From: Ascoidea asiatica JCM 7603
Lineage: Eukaryota; Fungi; Ascomycota
Length of the DNA stretch: 64,000 nucleotides
Assembly: GCA_001600695.1 (NCBI GenBank)
Contig: BCKQ01000004.1
Span: 568,088-632,087, forward strand
Reading direction: 5' to 3'
Below the pieces are notes generated by a model. The model searched no databases. It was given only the letters and a program-made list of their open reading frames with translations, and was not told where the DNA came from. Below are positions 1-13,264 of the stretch, in pieces; the first letter of the stretch is position 1; the number at the start of each line of letters is the position of its first letter. The translations under genes were made by a program, and so were the position numbers.

Positions 1-641
1 TGCCATTTTCTCAGCTTCCTCTGAGCTTCCTTTCAGTTTCCTGTGAGCTTGAAGAAGCTCGCCCCGCAGCATTTTTCTTGGGTGGTCAGGTTCAGTCCGG
101 GGAAAAGCACCAACTGCCACTGAAACCAGACCCAGAGCAAAGAAAAGAGCAAAGAAAAGAGCAAAGAGGCGGTGAAAAGAGGAGCTGCTGCTGGTTCTGC
201 TTCCTTTGCTGCTGCTGCTGGTTCCAAGTGAGCGCGAGTGGCAAAAGTGTCGGCGCTTAACACAATTCTTCTGGCGCTGGATTTGTATTTAAACTCTTTC
301 AATTCCCTTTTTTTTTTCAATCTTTTTCTCTTTTTTAATCTTCTTTTATCTTTATTTATCTTCGTTTTTATCAATTATCACATTCATCATCTTATAATCA
401 TCTGAAATTTTCAATTCACAAGCTAAATTATTAAAAAACAATCATTTAATTTCAAATTTCAGTTGATTTCAAGTTGATTTATTTTTTAATTTTAAATTCA
501 TATTGTTTGCTAATAACCGAAAAAGCCTTATCAAATATTATTTACTGATTTCAATTGTTAATTCCGACTCTTGAAAGAAAAATCGAAATTTAAAAAACAT
601 TGGGACATTACCACATTAACTTACATTCATATAAAAGTAGA

Positions 642-2807
642 ATGATTTCTTCTAAATTTAATCGATCTCTTTTTAAAAATAATATTGAAAATATTAGTAA
701 AAATATTAATAATAACTTACTGAAAATGACAATATCTTCAAATAATATAAATTCAAATTTTAATACGAACTTTAAAAAACAATTTTCAAATTCTACAATT
801 AAAAATAATAAGAATATTGAAAAACCAATTGAAAAAAATGGTGAAATGTTAAAATATTTTAATGAAATGCCAAATTTACCTGTACCTGATTTAAATCATA
901 CAGCAAAATTATATTTAAATTCAATTAAACCTTTAATTACTTCAAATGATCAATTTAATTCAATTAAATTAAAATTAAATGATTTTATTAAAAAAAATGG
1001 TCAAGGAGAAATTTTACAAAATAGATTAATTAAAAAATTTAATAATTCAAATAATTTAAATTGGTTATCAAATTGGTGGGATAATGATGCTTATTTAAAT
1101 TATAGAGATCCAATTATACCTTATGTTTCTTATTTTTTTAGTCATTCAACAAATATTTTACCAAAATTTATTGAAAAAAATCAATTATTAAAATCAAGTT
1201 TATTAATAAAAATTATTTTAAATTTTAAAAAAAAAATTGATAATGAATCTTTAAATCCAGAATTAATTATTAAAAAAATTAAATCAAAAGAAAATAATCA
1301 AAATTTTGATATTAAAAAAATTCCATATTGTATGAAAAGTTTTAAATATATGTTTAATAATTCAAGATTACCAAAAAAACCAAGTGATACAAATATTTTT
1401 TATGATTCAAATCTTTTACAAAATCAATTTTTAATTGTTATTATAAATAATCAATTTTATAAATTATATCATAATGATAAATTTAATAATATTTTAAATA
1501 TTAATGATATTAAAAATCAATTAAATTTAATTTATTTTGATTCAATTTCAAATAATTTTTCAAATTTTGATTCAATTGGTATTTTAACATCTGAAAATAG
1601 AGATAATTGGTCTGAATCATATAATGAATTAATAAATTATTCTCCAATTAATAAAGCTTCAATTGATGATATTCATAAATCTTCTTTTATAATTTGTTTA
1701 GATAATTCAAATCCTCAAAGTCTTGAAGAAAGAGCAAGATATTCTTGGCATGGTAATGGTGAAAATAGATTTTTTGATAAACCTTTACAATTCTTTGTTG
1801 CTTCTAATGGTCAATCTGGTTTTCTTGGTGAACATTCAAAAATGGATGGTACTCCAACTTTATTATTAAATAATTATATTGGTGAAGAATTTAATAAAAT
1901 TAATATAAATAAAATTAATCCTTTTAAATCTTCTGAAAATTCTTCTGAAAATTCTTTAGAAAATTCTTCTGAAAATTCTTCTGAAATTCCTTTAACACCA
2001 AATGAAAATTTAATTCAATTACCAAAAAAATTAAATTTTGATATTTCTTATTCAATTAAAAATCAAATTTTATTAGCAAAAAAAAATTTTAATAATTTAG
2101 TTATTAATGGTCATGATTTAAAAGTTTGGAGATATTCTGGATATGGTAAAAATTTTATTAAAAAATTAAATTCTTCTCCAGATGCTTTTATTCAAATTTT
2201 AATTCAATTAGCTTATCATAAATATACAAATTCAATTAAACCAACTTATGAATCTGCTTCAACAAGAAAATTTAAATTAGGTAGAACTGAAACAAATAGA
2301 TCTGTTTCTGAAGCTTCAAAGAATTTTGTTGAAATTTGGAATAATTATGATAATATTCAAAATTTTATACCAATTAAAGATAAAATAGATTCATTTTATA
2401 AAGCAATAAATTCTCAAAATAATTATATTAAATTAGCTTCAGAAGGTTTAGCAGTTGATCGTCATATTTATGGTTTAAAAAAATCAATTTTACCAAATGA
2501 AGAAATGCATGAATTTTTAAAAGATCCAATGACAAATTATTCTTCAACATGGTTTATTTCAACATCTCAATTATCTTCAGAATTTTTTAATGGTTATGGT
2601 TGGAGTCAAGTTCATGATCTTGGTTTCGGTTTAGCTTATATCATTAATAATGATTGGATTAATATTAATATTGTTTGTAAAAAAGATAATCCTGCAGGTT
2701 TAAATGTAAATAGCTTTTATTATTACTTAACTATGGCTGCAGATGAATTAAAACAAGTTTTAACTGATCCTGCCAATGAACATATTAAACCAAAACCAAA
2801 ATTATAA
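642..2807 (+). CDS. CAT2: Carnitine O-acetyltransferase, probably dual mitochondrial/peroxisomal
   Basis: Motifs LPVPDL, NWLSNWW, WHGNGENRFFDKPLQ, EHSKMDG, TYESASTRKFKLGRTE and STSQL. The first real ATG is at 642 (the track start at 600 is TTG). N-terminus is presequence-like and the C-terminus is PKL (PTS1 variant). Confidence 0.95.
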   Translation: MISSKFNRSLFKNNIENISKNINNNLLKMTISSNNINSNFNTNFKKQFSNSTIKNNKNIEKPIEKNGEMLKYFNEMPNLPVPDLNHTAKLYLNSIKPLITSNDQFNSIKLKLNDFIKKNGQGEILQNRLIKKFNNSNNLNWLSNWWDNDAYLNYRDPIIPYVSYFFSHSTNILPKFIEKNQLLKSSLLIKIILNFKKKIDNESLNPELIIKKIKSKENNQNFDIKKIPYCMKSFKYMFNNSRLPKKPSDTNIFYDSNLLQNQFLIVIINNQFYKLYHNDKFNNILNINDIKNQLNLIYFDSISNNFSNFDSIGILTSENRDNWSESYNELINYSPINKASIDDIHKSSFIICLDNSNPQSLEERARYSWHGNGENRFFDKPLQFFVASNGQSGFLGEHSKMDGTPTLLLNNYIGEEFNKININKINPFKSSENSSENSLENSSENSSEIPLTPNENLIQLPKKLNFDISYSIKNQILLAKKNFNNLVINGHDLKVWRYSGYGKNFIKKLNSSPDAFIQILIQLAYHKYTNSIKPTYESASTRKFKLGRTETNRSVSEASKNFVEIWNNYDNIQNFIPIKDKIDSFYKAINSQNNYIKLASEGLAVDRHIYGLKKSILPNEEMHEFLKDPMTNYSSTWFISTSQLSSEFFNGYGWSQVHDLGFGLAYIINNDWININIVCKKDNPAGLNVNSFYYYLTMAADELKQVLTDPANEHIKPKPKL

Positions 2808-2998
2808 TAATGACCCTTTTTATTTACTATAAATATGATAAACTCTACTCTGCTTTTCTTTTATTTAACTTTATATTTTTTTTTTTTTTTTAACTTTTAT
2901 TTTCATCACACACATATTCATATTCATATTCATATTCTTATATTTATCTTTATATGTTTATATATTCCTATATACTTTGTATATAAACATCATGCTAA

Positions 2999-3772
2999 TC
3001 AATATGGAGAACATCTTGTTTCATTATGAATGGTGTAACATTTCAATGAACAATATCTCGAAGAACATTTAGTACATTTTGTCATTGCATTATTACCACA
3101 AATCGAACATAATTTTTTACCTGGAGGTAAAGTATGAGAAGTAATCTTAGCATAAAGTGGAGATTTATCTTGATCGAATAATATTGTTTTAATACCCAAA
3201 TTTTCTTCTTCATCAATATAATTCAATAATGATTTTCTTGAATTTAAAATTCTTCTTGTATTTGATGTTAAACCTTGTTTACCTCTTTTATTTTGAATTG
3301 AAACATTTTGAGATTTGATATGATTTGAATATGAAATTAAATCAAAATTAGGAAATGAATCTTTATTGAAATTTTTAAAATTTATATTCAAATTTGATTT
3401 GGGTAAATCCAATTTAACATTTGATTCATTGAAATTCTCTTTATCCAATTCTTGAAATCTTTTTATTGATTTTTTAATTTCCAATGAAGTTTCATATTTA
3501 CTCAACTTATCCTCATTACCATTACCATTACCATTACCATTTCCATTACCAGTATTATTATTATTGTTATTATTATCAAGTTCTCCTTCATCATTTAGAT
3601 TGTTATTCGATTGCAAGTTTTGTATATTATAAGCGCCAGGTTTAAACCTTTTTCTACTGTTGTTTGTTGATAAAGTCTGAACATTTCTATTTGGAATATA
3701 TTTTAAATTGATCAAAGAGGAAAAATAAACATTTGGATCTGATCCTTTAGCTATTTCTTCTATCACTGGCAT
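2999..3772 (-). CDS. VPS71: SWR1 complex subunit Vps71/Swc6 (HIT zinc finger)
   Basis: C-terminal CSICG..CTKC..YCSLKCY.IHNETRC zf-HIT; ELDKENF and RRILNSRK segments typical of Vps71. Confidence 0.88.
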   Translation of the reverse strand: MPVIEEIAKGSDPNVYFSSLINLKYIPNRNVQTLSTNNSRKRFKPGAYNIQNLQSNNNLNDEGELDNNNNNNNTGNGNGNGNGNGNEDKLSKYETSLEIKKSIKRFQELDKENFNESNVKLDLPKSNLNINFKNFNKDSFPNFDLISYSNHIKSQNVSIQNKRGKQGLTSNTRRILNSRKSLLNYIDEEENLGIKTILFDQDKSPLYAKITSHTLPPGKKLCSICGNNAMTKCTKCSSRYCSLKCYTIHNETRCSPY

Positions 3773-4184
3773 ATCATTATATTTCTTCTAATCAATTAAA
3801 CCTATTTCTCTTCTGCTTATTTCAAATATTCCTCAATTACTTCTCTTACTTCTCTTACTTCTCTTATTTCTCTTATTTCTCTTACTTCAATCAAATAAAA
3901 GCAAATAAAAGCAAATAAAATCAAATAAAATTGATTTTTTCCGGTTTTTAAAATACTTGGGAGGCTCTGTCGCACGGCATCCATACAATAAGTTTATAGT
4001 ATATCTCTAATTCATAGTTTTCTAATTTTTTCTGCCTACGATGATAAAATAATGTTGATTAAAGACAAAAATGGCACACTTTTTTTTTCAAGCCAGAAAG
4101 AAAAAGCAATACTAAAATATAAACTTATAATAAAAAAATAAATAAAAGGTAAAAACAAAAAAGAAACCACCATGAAATTTAACC

Positions 4185-7100
4185 TTATGAATTACAACTT
4201 TGCACCTTTCTTTTCAATGGATCTGCATATTCATCAAATAATTCTTCTTTTATGAAAACTAAGAAAGAAGGCGTTTCAGTAGCATTTCCAGAAAAATTTA
4301 TAATATCATCAATACCTCTTTCTGTAACTTGTTCATCATTATAACATCTGAAAATATTCCTTTTTGCATCTCTTATGAATATAAAATAATGTCCATAATT
4401 AGCTTGCCCTCTATGAATAACAACTGCAAATATTTTATATCCAATTCGACAATATGAACTGAATTGATTATCAATTAAATTTTCTAATTCATCTATTCTA
4501 TTTCTAGTTTTGATTATTGTATCATCATATTCTTCAATTTCTTTTTTCAATAATTCAATTGTTGAAATATTCACAGAAATATTATAACCTGAATTTTGAG
4601 CCTGACAATTTTCATCTATAAAATAATTATAAGTTGATATTAATGATTCTTTCATATTTAATCCATTATCTTTTTCATTTAACATAAAATCTTCTTTTGC
4701 TTTTAATTCTTTTAATTCTGCTTTCCAACTAAATAATTCTGATTTTAATCTTTTCAATTCTTGATCTTCAGTTTCAATATATCTATCCATATATATAGTT
4801 TCTTTATATGAAAGAACATCAAAAACTTTATATAAAGTGAATCGAGTTCTATCAAATTGAACTCTAGATAATTGAACATGTAAAATTTCTGGTAATTCTG
4901 TAATTGAAACACTTTTTTTAACATTTCCATCTTCTGTTGTTAAAATTTCTTCTCCAAAATATGTATCTAATCCATCATAAATATCTCTTGGATGATCACT
5001 CATATTAATAAAAATACTTAAAAATCTTTCAAAACTATGTCTAATTGTACCTTTACTACCACTAATTGGTTCTAAAAGTTGTTTACTTTTTCCAAAAAAA
5101 AGTTTTTTAATTATATCATATTGTTCATTATTATCTTCAAGTTTTTCTGGAGATAGTGATGATTCTATTTGACACATAACATTATCAATACATTCTGTAA
5201 TATCTTGTTGAGATCCAATATCAATTGCATTTTGAAGTTGTTCTGGTTTTATAACATATCTAATAGGTTTTCCACCTTCTTTTTCTCCAGGTTCAGCAAA
5301 ATCAACTGCTTTTGTAGTTTCCTTTTCAGTTTTTAAATCTTCATTTTTTTCAATACTATCTTTTTCCTCCTTTTGATTTAAATTTACTTTAGTGTTATCT
5401 TCAACATCATCCTTGACATCTTTTTTTATATCTTTATTTATATGGTCTTTAGCATCATCTTCAACAATATCTTTGATAGTATCTTTGATATTATCTTGAA
5501 TATCATTTTCAACATTTTTTTTCAAATTTGGCAGAAATATATTATCTGAATGTGGAGGTGATAAAGATTCTTTCTGAGGTTTAATTTCTACAACAGAATC
5601 ACTATCCGAATCACTGGAATCACTTATATCAATAACATCTGGCTCTTTTAAAGGTATTATATTATGATTAAAATCAATAAGTTCAACACTATCATCTGTT
5701 TCTTCACCTTGATTTTCGTTAGAATTTTCATTTTTAGATACATTCATTTTTTTATCCTTTGAATTAAAACTTACACTAAGTTCATCAGAACTTAATAAAC
5801 TTGGATATTCCGCTAATAAATCATCATTTTCTAATGATAAAATTGGATCTGCTTGATGTTTTTTATTATAATTTCCAATCATATTAGAATCTGTACTTAC
5901 AGAACGACTTGGTTTTTTACTTGATTCTTCATCAACAACAAAATCAACTTCTTGACTAATATTTGTAAATGCTAAATAAACTAATTGTTCTGTTGGTGCA
6001 ATATCACGACTTCTTGTATGAATTAAATCATTAAATAAATATTTTAATTGAAAAATTAATTGATATGATCTTTCAACTTCTTTTTTAGAAACTAATCTAT
6101 TACCAACTCTTCTTTTTTCAAGTATTCCATCAATATTTTCTAAATCATAAGATTCTGGAAATTTTTTATTAAATGTTAAAATTGAATCTCTTAAAGGTTT
6201 TATAGCAAAAAGATATTGTAAAAGAGAATTTAAATAACATGTATTTCCAACATTTCTTAAACCAACTGGATTTTTTTCTAATTCAGAATCGTTTGGTTCA
6301 ATAATTCCAGTTTTTAAATATAATGAAATTTTTTTATTTTTTAAATAATATGTATTTAAATATTTTAAACAATATCTTAAACGTAAAAATGGTGCTGGAT
6401 CTAAAATTACAGCTTGATCATATCTTGTACCACAATATTTTGTTATTTGAGATCTTTCAACTGTAAGTCTTCTATCAATAATTTGCATAATTTTAAAAGA
6501 ATTTGTAAATTTTGAAATTCCTAAAATTTTATAACATTGATCTTCATCTAAATTTTTTGGTAATAAAGGTGTAGTTTTTAAATTAACAGAATTAGTTTCA
6601 TATAAATCTAAAAGTAAAGAAGAAAATGTATAAAGTGCAATTGTTAAAAGAGCAATATTTAATTTTTGAAAATTGAAAATATCTGAATTTTCATCCATTA
6701 ATTTTATTGAATAACCAGTTTCTATAGTTTTTTCATCACAATCTTCATTTAAACCAAGAATTTCATAAGCTTCTTCAATTGATAATAATTCATTATCTAA
6801 GAAATTTATTAATTGAAAAGATTTTTTAGCTTTTGCTAAATTTCTAACATGATTTCTAAGAATATTTATATAATATTTATCATATTCTAATTCAATTTCT
6901 TTTTCATAATATTTACTTAAAATTTCTTCATCATTAATATTTTCTAAAAAATAATTATCTTTTAAATTTAAACCAAGATAATGTAAAGCATCAGAAATTT
7001 CTTTAATTGAAACAATATCATTCATTGATAATTCTTCAGCTTGAAAAATTTGTAAATTTGTAATATCATTAATATTTTTAAAATTATTTAAAGAAATAAT

Positions 7101-8074
7101 TTTACCAAGAGAATTTAAATAAATATGAGAATGAATTGAATCATATGAACATAAATTTTTATAAATTGAAATAATTTGATTTTCATTATAAAAATTATAA
7201 CAAGATAAATTAACAAAATTTTCAGAATTATTTAATTTTATTAAATTTAAATTATAATTAAAATTTTTAAATAAATCTTCATATAAAATTGATTGATTAA
7301 AATCAGGTTCATTTAAAAATTTAAAAAAAAGGAATGATTTTTTAATAAAATTTGAATTTTTAAAACCAAATGAATAATTATTATTATTATTAAGAATGGT
7401 ATTTGAGAGAGAAGTAGTAAATTTATTACCAATAAAATTAATTTCAAAAAATTTTCTAATTAAATTATCTCTAATTATTGAACCATATTTACCATATTGA
7501 TGATAATTTAAAGGTAAAATTTCAGATTTATCAAAATTATAAGAAAATAAATTTGTTTCATTAATTAAATAATTTATATCAATATTAATTTGTAAAGGTT
7601 TTGAATTTGGTTTTAAAATTTTTGAATCTAAATCATTTTGTAATTTTAATGGACCTTTAAAAATTTTAGATAAAGTTATAAGACAATTAATTAAATCTGG
7701 TGGAGTTTCAATAGGATTAGAATCTTTATTAGAATCTTGATTAAAATCTTGATTAAAATCTTGATTAAAATCTTGAATTGAATGAAGTGAAGAATATTTT
7801 GCAAATCTTGTTTGAATTGATTCAATTTCAAATTGTTTTAAGAATTTATAATTAAATTCATTTGGATAAATTTCTATATGAATTAAATATTGAAAATCAG
7901 TTGAACAAAAAGTAGCAGAATCTAAGATTTTTGGATATAAACTTTTAATTAAAATAATTTGATTATTAATAAATTGAATTAATTCAGGATTTGAAAGTAT
8001 AGATTCTTTATTAAATTTAAAATCAATTTCATTATCATTTTCATTTTCATTATCATCATTATCATTATCATTAA

Positions 8075-8119
<45 letters not shown>

Positions 8120-8752
8120 CATTTTTATCATTTTTATCAATTTCATTAATATCAAATTCAGATTCTTGTTCATTATCAGAAAATGATAATAAATTTATAT
8201 CATTTTTTTGTTTAAAAAATTCCAAATTTTTTTTTTTTAAAATTTTAAATTGATTTTGTAAATGAATATCATTTTGAATTGAATTTAAAACATTATCAAA
8301 ATTAAAATCAGAATTTTGATTAAATATAGATAAATCTAATTTATCAATATTAGAAATTTTATTATTATCTAATTTAAAAAAAATTTTTTTACTTTTTTTA
8401 TTAATAATTGAAGAAGTTGAATGAAGATTTAAATTTAAATTTTTTATAGAAATTTTAATATGATTAATATTATTTGAATAATCAGAAATTGAATTTAAAT
8501 TTTTTAAATTATTTTGATTTATTAAAAGACCTCTAAGAATATTAATATTTGAATTTTTTTTTTCTAAACTTGGAGCGAAATCTAAAGAATTTTCAAGAAA
8601 TATTATTTCATAAGGTTCAATTGTATTATTATTATTATTATTAATCTTATTAGGATTATTACTATTGATTAAATGAGATAATTTTCTTGAATAATTTATT
8701 GTTTGAGAATTTAATAATGAATTTGGATTTATATTATTATTGGCGTTATTAC

Positions 8753-8786
<34 letters not shown>

Positions 8787-9230
8787 ATTAGTGGCGGTAT
8801 TATTATTAAAGTCAATTGATTGATTTAAGATATAATTTAGATTAAATTTGATATCATCAAAGATTCTATTTGAAGTTTTCAAATTACTTGAAATTTTATA
8901 ATTATTTTTATTATTTATATTATCTTTATTCATTTCATTTTCAAAAAAATTAAATGCTTCATTTTCTTTTGATAAAGAATTTGAATCATTATTTGAGTTT
9001 GAATTATTATTATAGGAATTATTTGATATATCATTAGATACATCATTAGATACATCATTAGAAACATCATTGAATGTATTATTGACTATATTACTATTAT
9101 TATCATTGGTGTTTGCAATTGTATTTGTATTAATATTTGAAATTGAAGATATATCTAATTGATTTAATTGATTTAAAGGAGGAAATATTTTTTCTGAAGT
9201 ATCCTCATCTTTAAAAGATTCAAGGAACAT
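4185..9230 (-). CDS. UBP2: Ubiquitin C-terminal hydrolase (USP family), Ubp2-like
   Basis: Cys box GLRNVGNTCYLNSLLQY, QQDITECI, His box HRGQANYGHY, internal AYEILG/CYKILG repeats; large Asn-rich N-terminus. Confidence 0.9.
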
Positions 9231-9827
9231 AATTTAATGATTTCATAAATTATAATAAGTTAATTGATTGATTATATAATGATAAAGGTGAAATTGAGAT
9301 TTAATTGGTATAAATCTATTGTATAGTCTACTATCTAGTCTATTGTTTATCTGATATCTATTATTTATCTATTATTTATCTATTATTTATCTATAATTTA
9401 TCTATAATTTCCTGTCTATTTATCTATCATTAATTGTTGTGTATTAATTTCTGTTTTACATCTTCTTTTTATTACTGTCTTTTGGAGCTGAGTTGAATTG
9501 AACAAAATCAGAAATTGGTTTGAGATCCGACACAGTCACGTGGATAGGCCAAACCGGCAAGAAGACCCAAGGAAATGGTCTCAAATTGCAAATATACCCG
9601 GAACGCACTCCCGGAATGCAATCAGTCACCTGCTTGGACGGCAGTCTGCTCCGGATCTCGCTGATCTCTTCAAATGACACAGAAGAAACAGAAGAAGGTG
9701 AAAGAGAAGATGAAGATGAAGAAGAAGATGTTTTTGATGGTGCTGGTTCTGCTGGTTCTGCTGCTGGTGTTGCTGGGATTCCTTCTCTTCTTTCCTCTGT
9801 TAACAGTCAACTCCACTTTAAAGCACA

Positions 9828-11027
9828 ATGAGCAGCATATTCTTTTCCAGGTCTTTCAAGCAAACTGCTTTTCCATTATCGAAAATAAGTAATAACATAA
9901 GATTCAATTCTACTATTTCAACTATTTCAAATATTGAAACAATTTCAAATGATTTATCATCTGAATTTAATATTCCTGAAAATAGTACAATTTTTTCATT
10001 AATTCAACCAACTGGTAATATACATCTTGGTAATTATCTTGGTGCAATAAAAAATTGGATAAAAATTCAAAATAATGTAAAAAATTCAAAAATTTTATTT
10101 GGTCAAGCTGATTTACATGCAATTACAATACCAAAATTTTCAAAAGATTTAAAAAATTATAGATTTGAAAATATGGCAAGTTTAATTGCATCTGGTATAA
10201 ATCCAGAAAAATCAATTTTATTTCAACAAAGTCAAATTCCTGAACATTCTGAATTATGTTGGATTTTAACTTGTATTTCTTCAATGGGTACTTTAAATAG
10301 AATGACTCAATGGAAATCAAAATCAAATTTAAAATTAATCTCAGATTCAAATAATAATTTAAATGATTTAAATAATTTACTTTCAATTAATGCTGGTTTA
10401 TTAATGTATCCAGTCTTAATGGCTGCTGATATTTTATTATATAATTCAACTCATGTTCCTGTTGGTGAAGATCAATCTCAACATCTTGAATTAACTAGAA
10501 ATTTAGCTAAAAAATTTAATAAATTTTATAAAAAAAATCAATTTAATATTCCAAAAAGTATTTTTTCACAATCAAAAAAAATTTTATCATTAAAAAATCC
10601 AATTAAAAAAATGTCAAAATCTGATATTGATAAAAATTCAATAATTTTCTTAAATGATAATCCTGATATAATTTTAAAAAAAATTTTAAAAGCAAAAACT
10701 GATAATATTAATATTATTTTTAAATTTGATAAAATTAATAGACCTGGAATTTCAAATTTTTTAAATATAATTTCTTCAATTCAAAATAAATCAATTAATC
10801 AAATTGAAAATGATTTAATTTATTTAAATATTAATTCTCATGAAAAATTAAAATATTATTTATCTGAAATTATTATTAATGAATTAAAAAATCCAAGAAT
10901 TTTATTTAATAAATTAATTAATGATAAATCTTATTTACAAGATATTATTAATAAAGGAAATTTAAAAGCAAGAGAAATTGCTTCCAAGAATATTATTGAC
11001 ATAAAAAAGACTATAGGTCTCGACTAA
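9828..11027 (+). CDS. MSW1: Mitochondrial tryptophanyl-tRNA synthetase
   Basis: QPTG.HLGNYLGA (HIGH-type motif), YPVLMAADILLY, VPVGEDQSQHLEL, KMSKS; Arg/Ser-rich presequence. Confidence 0.95.
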   Translation: MSSIFFSRSFKQTAFPLSKISNNIRFNSTISTISNIETISNDLSSEFNIPENSTIFSLIQPTGNIHLGNYLGAIKNWIKIQNNVKNSKILFGQADLHAITIPKFSKDLKNYRFENMASLIASGINPEKSILFQQSQIPEHSELCWILTCISSMGTLNRMTQWKSKSNLKLISDSNNNLNDLNNLLSINAGLLMYPVLMAADILLYNSTHVPVGEDQSQHLELTRNLAKKFNKFYKKNQFNIPKSIFSQSKKILSLKNPIKKMSKSDIDKNSIIFLNDNPDIILKKILKAKTDNINIIFKFDKINRPGISNFLNIISSIQNKSINQIENDLIYLNINSHEKLKYYLSEIIINELKNPRILFNKLINDKSYLQDIINKGNLKAREIASKNIIDIKKTIGLD

Positions 11028-11259
11028 TTTCTTCCTTATTTTCTTCTTTCACTCACTCATTACTTCTGTATATAATTAAACACTTCATGGAACACTTCAT
11101 GGAACACTTCTTTAAATACTTCATCGAATACTTCATCGAATACTTCATCGAATATCTCATTACTTCATTTCTTTATTAAATAGTTTCATAAATAATTTTT
11201 GAATAAATAAAAATAAATAAATTTAAACTTTTCATATATCTGCACCACAAAGCACGCTT

Positions 11260-11281
11260 ACGCGTATTTCTGCCGACGCGA
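11260..11281. promoter_or_regulatory. MCB-like elements upstream of RRN11
   Basis: ACGCGT at 11260 and ACGCGA at 11276 in an otherwise AT-rich intergenic region. Confidence 0.4.
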
Positions 11282-11420
11282 CTTTGATTTGAAATATTTT
11301 TATTTGATTTTTAAAATAAAGCAATAAAAATAAAGAAAAAATTAATGATTTATTGAAAATATTTTATTAAATTACTCTTTTCATTTACAATATTTAATCC
11401 AAAAAATAAAGTAATAAATC

Positions 11421-13154
11421 ATGTTTGAGAATCCATTGATTGAAGAATATAAAACTAGTAAAAAAAATAAAAGAAGAAAATTAGAAAATCTATTAAATAA
11501 GTATATTAAAAATAATATAATAAATAATAATAATAACTTGAGAAATGAAGAAGAATCTAAAAAACATAAAAAATTCATAAAGAAGTTAAATAGATCAAAT
11601 TTAATTAAAAATAATGTTCAAGAAACTTATGAATATTGGAATAATTCTTCATTTAGCTTGAAACTCAATAGCTTTAATAATTCAAATTCAAAAAAAAGAT
11701 CAAGAAATGTAACTAATGTTGATGGAATTTATTCTGATGATGAAGATTCCAAAGATACTAATGATTATGATGAAGAAACAATAGAATCTTCTGATAATGA
11801 AATTAATGAAAATCTTAATGAAAATTCTAATAAAAATTCTTGGGTTTATGCAAGTTTTATCATTAAAACAAGAGGTTTTGAGATTTTACCTTATTTGAAT
11901 CCAATATTGAATCAATATAATGAAGATAATTCAAAATATCTTAATCCTATTGATAACAATAATAATAAAAATCTTAAAAACTTAAATTCAAATTCAGATA
12001 ATATTTTAAATTCAAATCAAAATTTCACTAAAAAACATATGAATTTAATGATAAATTTACTTTATTTAAATATCTTTAAAAAAAATTGGAAAATTGCTTA
12101 TAAAGTCTTTTCAATATTAATCAAATTAAACTCTTCTCATTACTTAAATTTTAATAAAAATAAAATGAAAAAAGATAATAGTAATGTCAATTTGAATTCA
12201 GATATTAAAAGTAATAATTCAACTAATGATAAAATTGATTTAAGATCTTTATGGCCAATTGGTGTTGAAATTTTAAATAATTTAAAAAAAGAGAAAATTA
12301 ATAAACAAATTAATAATTTAGATTTTAATATACAAAAATCTTATCAAAATCAAACTGAAAATTATAAAATTAATTCAAAATTCATTAATAAATTCAAATT
12401 AAATTCTTATAATAATGCAAATTCAATTCAAAAATATCAAATTGAAGATATGATGAATATAAATAATGATAATAAAATCTACAAAAATGAAAAATATATG
12501 GATTGGTTAACAATATTTTATGGTACAACTTCTTCAATTAATTTCTTCAGTACTTCAAGAAATTTTAGATTTGCTCCACAATGGAGAATTGGAAGTAAAA
12601 CTTATTCACCTTTATATATCTTAGGTTATCTTTGGTCTCTTATTTTGAAAATTAATAATTTATCTTTATCTAATTTCGATACAATAAAGAAACTTGGAAA
12701 ATCTAAAGAAACAATAAATTTTATAAAAAATGAAATTGATTATAATGAAATGATAATTTTAAATTCAAATAATCTAATTAAAGATGTAAAAGATAAATTA
12801 TCTGAATTATTATTACAACCTCCTTTTACAGATGATTTGAATTTTCTTTATTTGGAATTTATTATTGGAATAATTGAAATAAATATAGAAATTTATGAAT
12901 TAATCAATAATGAATTGAATAAATGTTTTCAAAATTATTTAAATCAAGGAAGTTCTTTAAATGATTTTCAAAATGGTATATCAAAAGAATATTTATTAGA
13001 TCTTGATTCTTATAATCATGTATTGAATTCTATAGAAAAAAATCGAGATCAACTAGATGATTTTATAAGTAATGGTCTTATAATTGATAAAAGTCTAATT
13101 AAAAAAGAAATCAGTTATCTTTTACTGAAAATTGAGGATATTCTAGTGATATAG
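11421..13154 (+). CDS. RRN11: RNA polymerase I core factor subunit Rrn11
   Basis: HMNLMINLLYL..KKNWKIAYKVF.ILI and IDLRSLWPIGVEIL match recalled Rrn11 conserved blocks; L.ELLLQPPF near the C-terminus. Confidence 0.8.
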   Translation: MFENPLIEEYKTSKKNKRRKLENLLNKYIKNNIINNNNNLRNEEESKKHKKFIKKLNRSNLIKNNVQETYEYWNNSSFSLKLNSFNNSNSKKRSRNVTNVDGIYSDDEDSKDTNDYDEETIESSDNEINENLNENSNKNSWVYASFIIKTRGFEILPYLNPILNQYNEDNSKYLNPIDNNNNKNLKNLNSNSDNILNSNQNFTKKHMNLMINLLYLNIFKKNWKIAYKVFSILIKLNSSHYLNFNKNKMKKDNSNVNLNSDIKSNNSTNDKIDLRSLWPIGVEILNNLKKEKINKQINNLDFNIQKSYQNQTENYKINSKFINKFKLNSYNNANSIQKYQIEDMMNINNDNKIYKNEKYMDWLTIFYGTTSSINFFSTSRNFRFAPQWRIGSKTYSPLYILGYLWSLILKINNLSLSNFDTIKKLGKSKETINFIKNEIDYNEMIILNSNNLIKDVKDKLSELLLQPPFTDDLNFLYLEFIIGIIEINIEIYELINNELNKCFQNYLNQGSSLNDFQNGISKEYLLDLDSYNHVLNSIEKNRDQLDDFISNGLIIDKSLIKKEISYLLLKIEDILVI

Positions 13155-13264
13155 TAACCAAAAAAAAAAAAAAAAAAAAAGAAAAAAATAGAAAAAAACT
13201 ATTGAAAAAATATTAAAAAAGTAAAAATAGAATATTAAAATATAATTTTATTATGTTTCTTTTT

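Noticed and set aside
33-374. Short ORFs 33-374(-) and 78-260(+)
   Set aside because: Non-ATG starts; they arise from repeats and T-tracts in the CAT2 promoter island.
11078-11153. 12-bp tandem repeats (AACACTTCATGG / AATACTTCATCG) as a telomeric or CRISPR-like array
   Set aside because: No spacers; it is one of many unrelated 5-13 bp slippage repeats in UTRs across the window.
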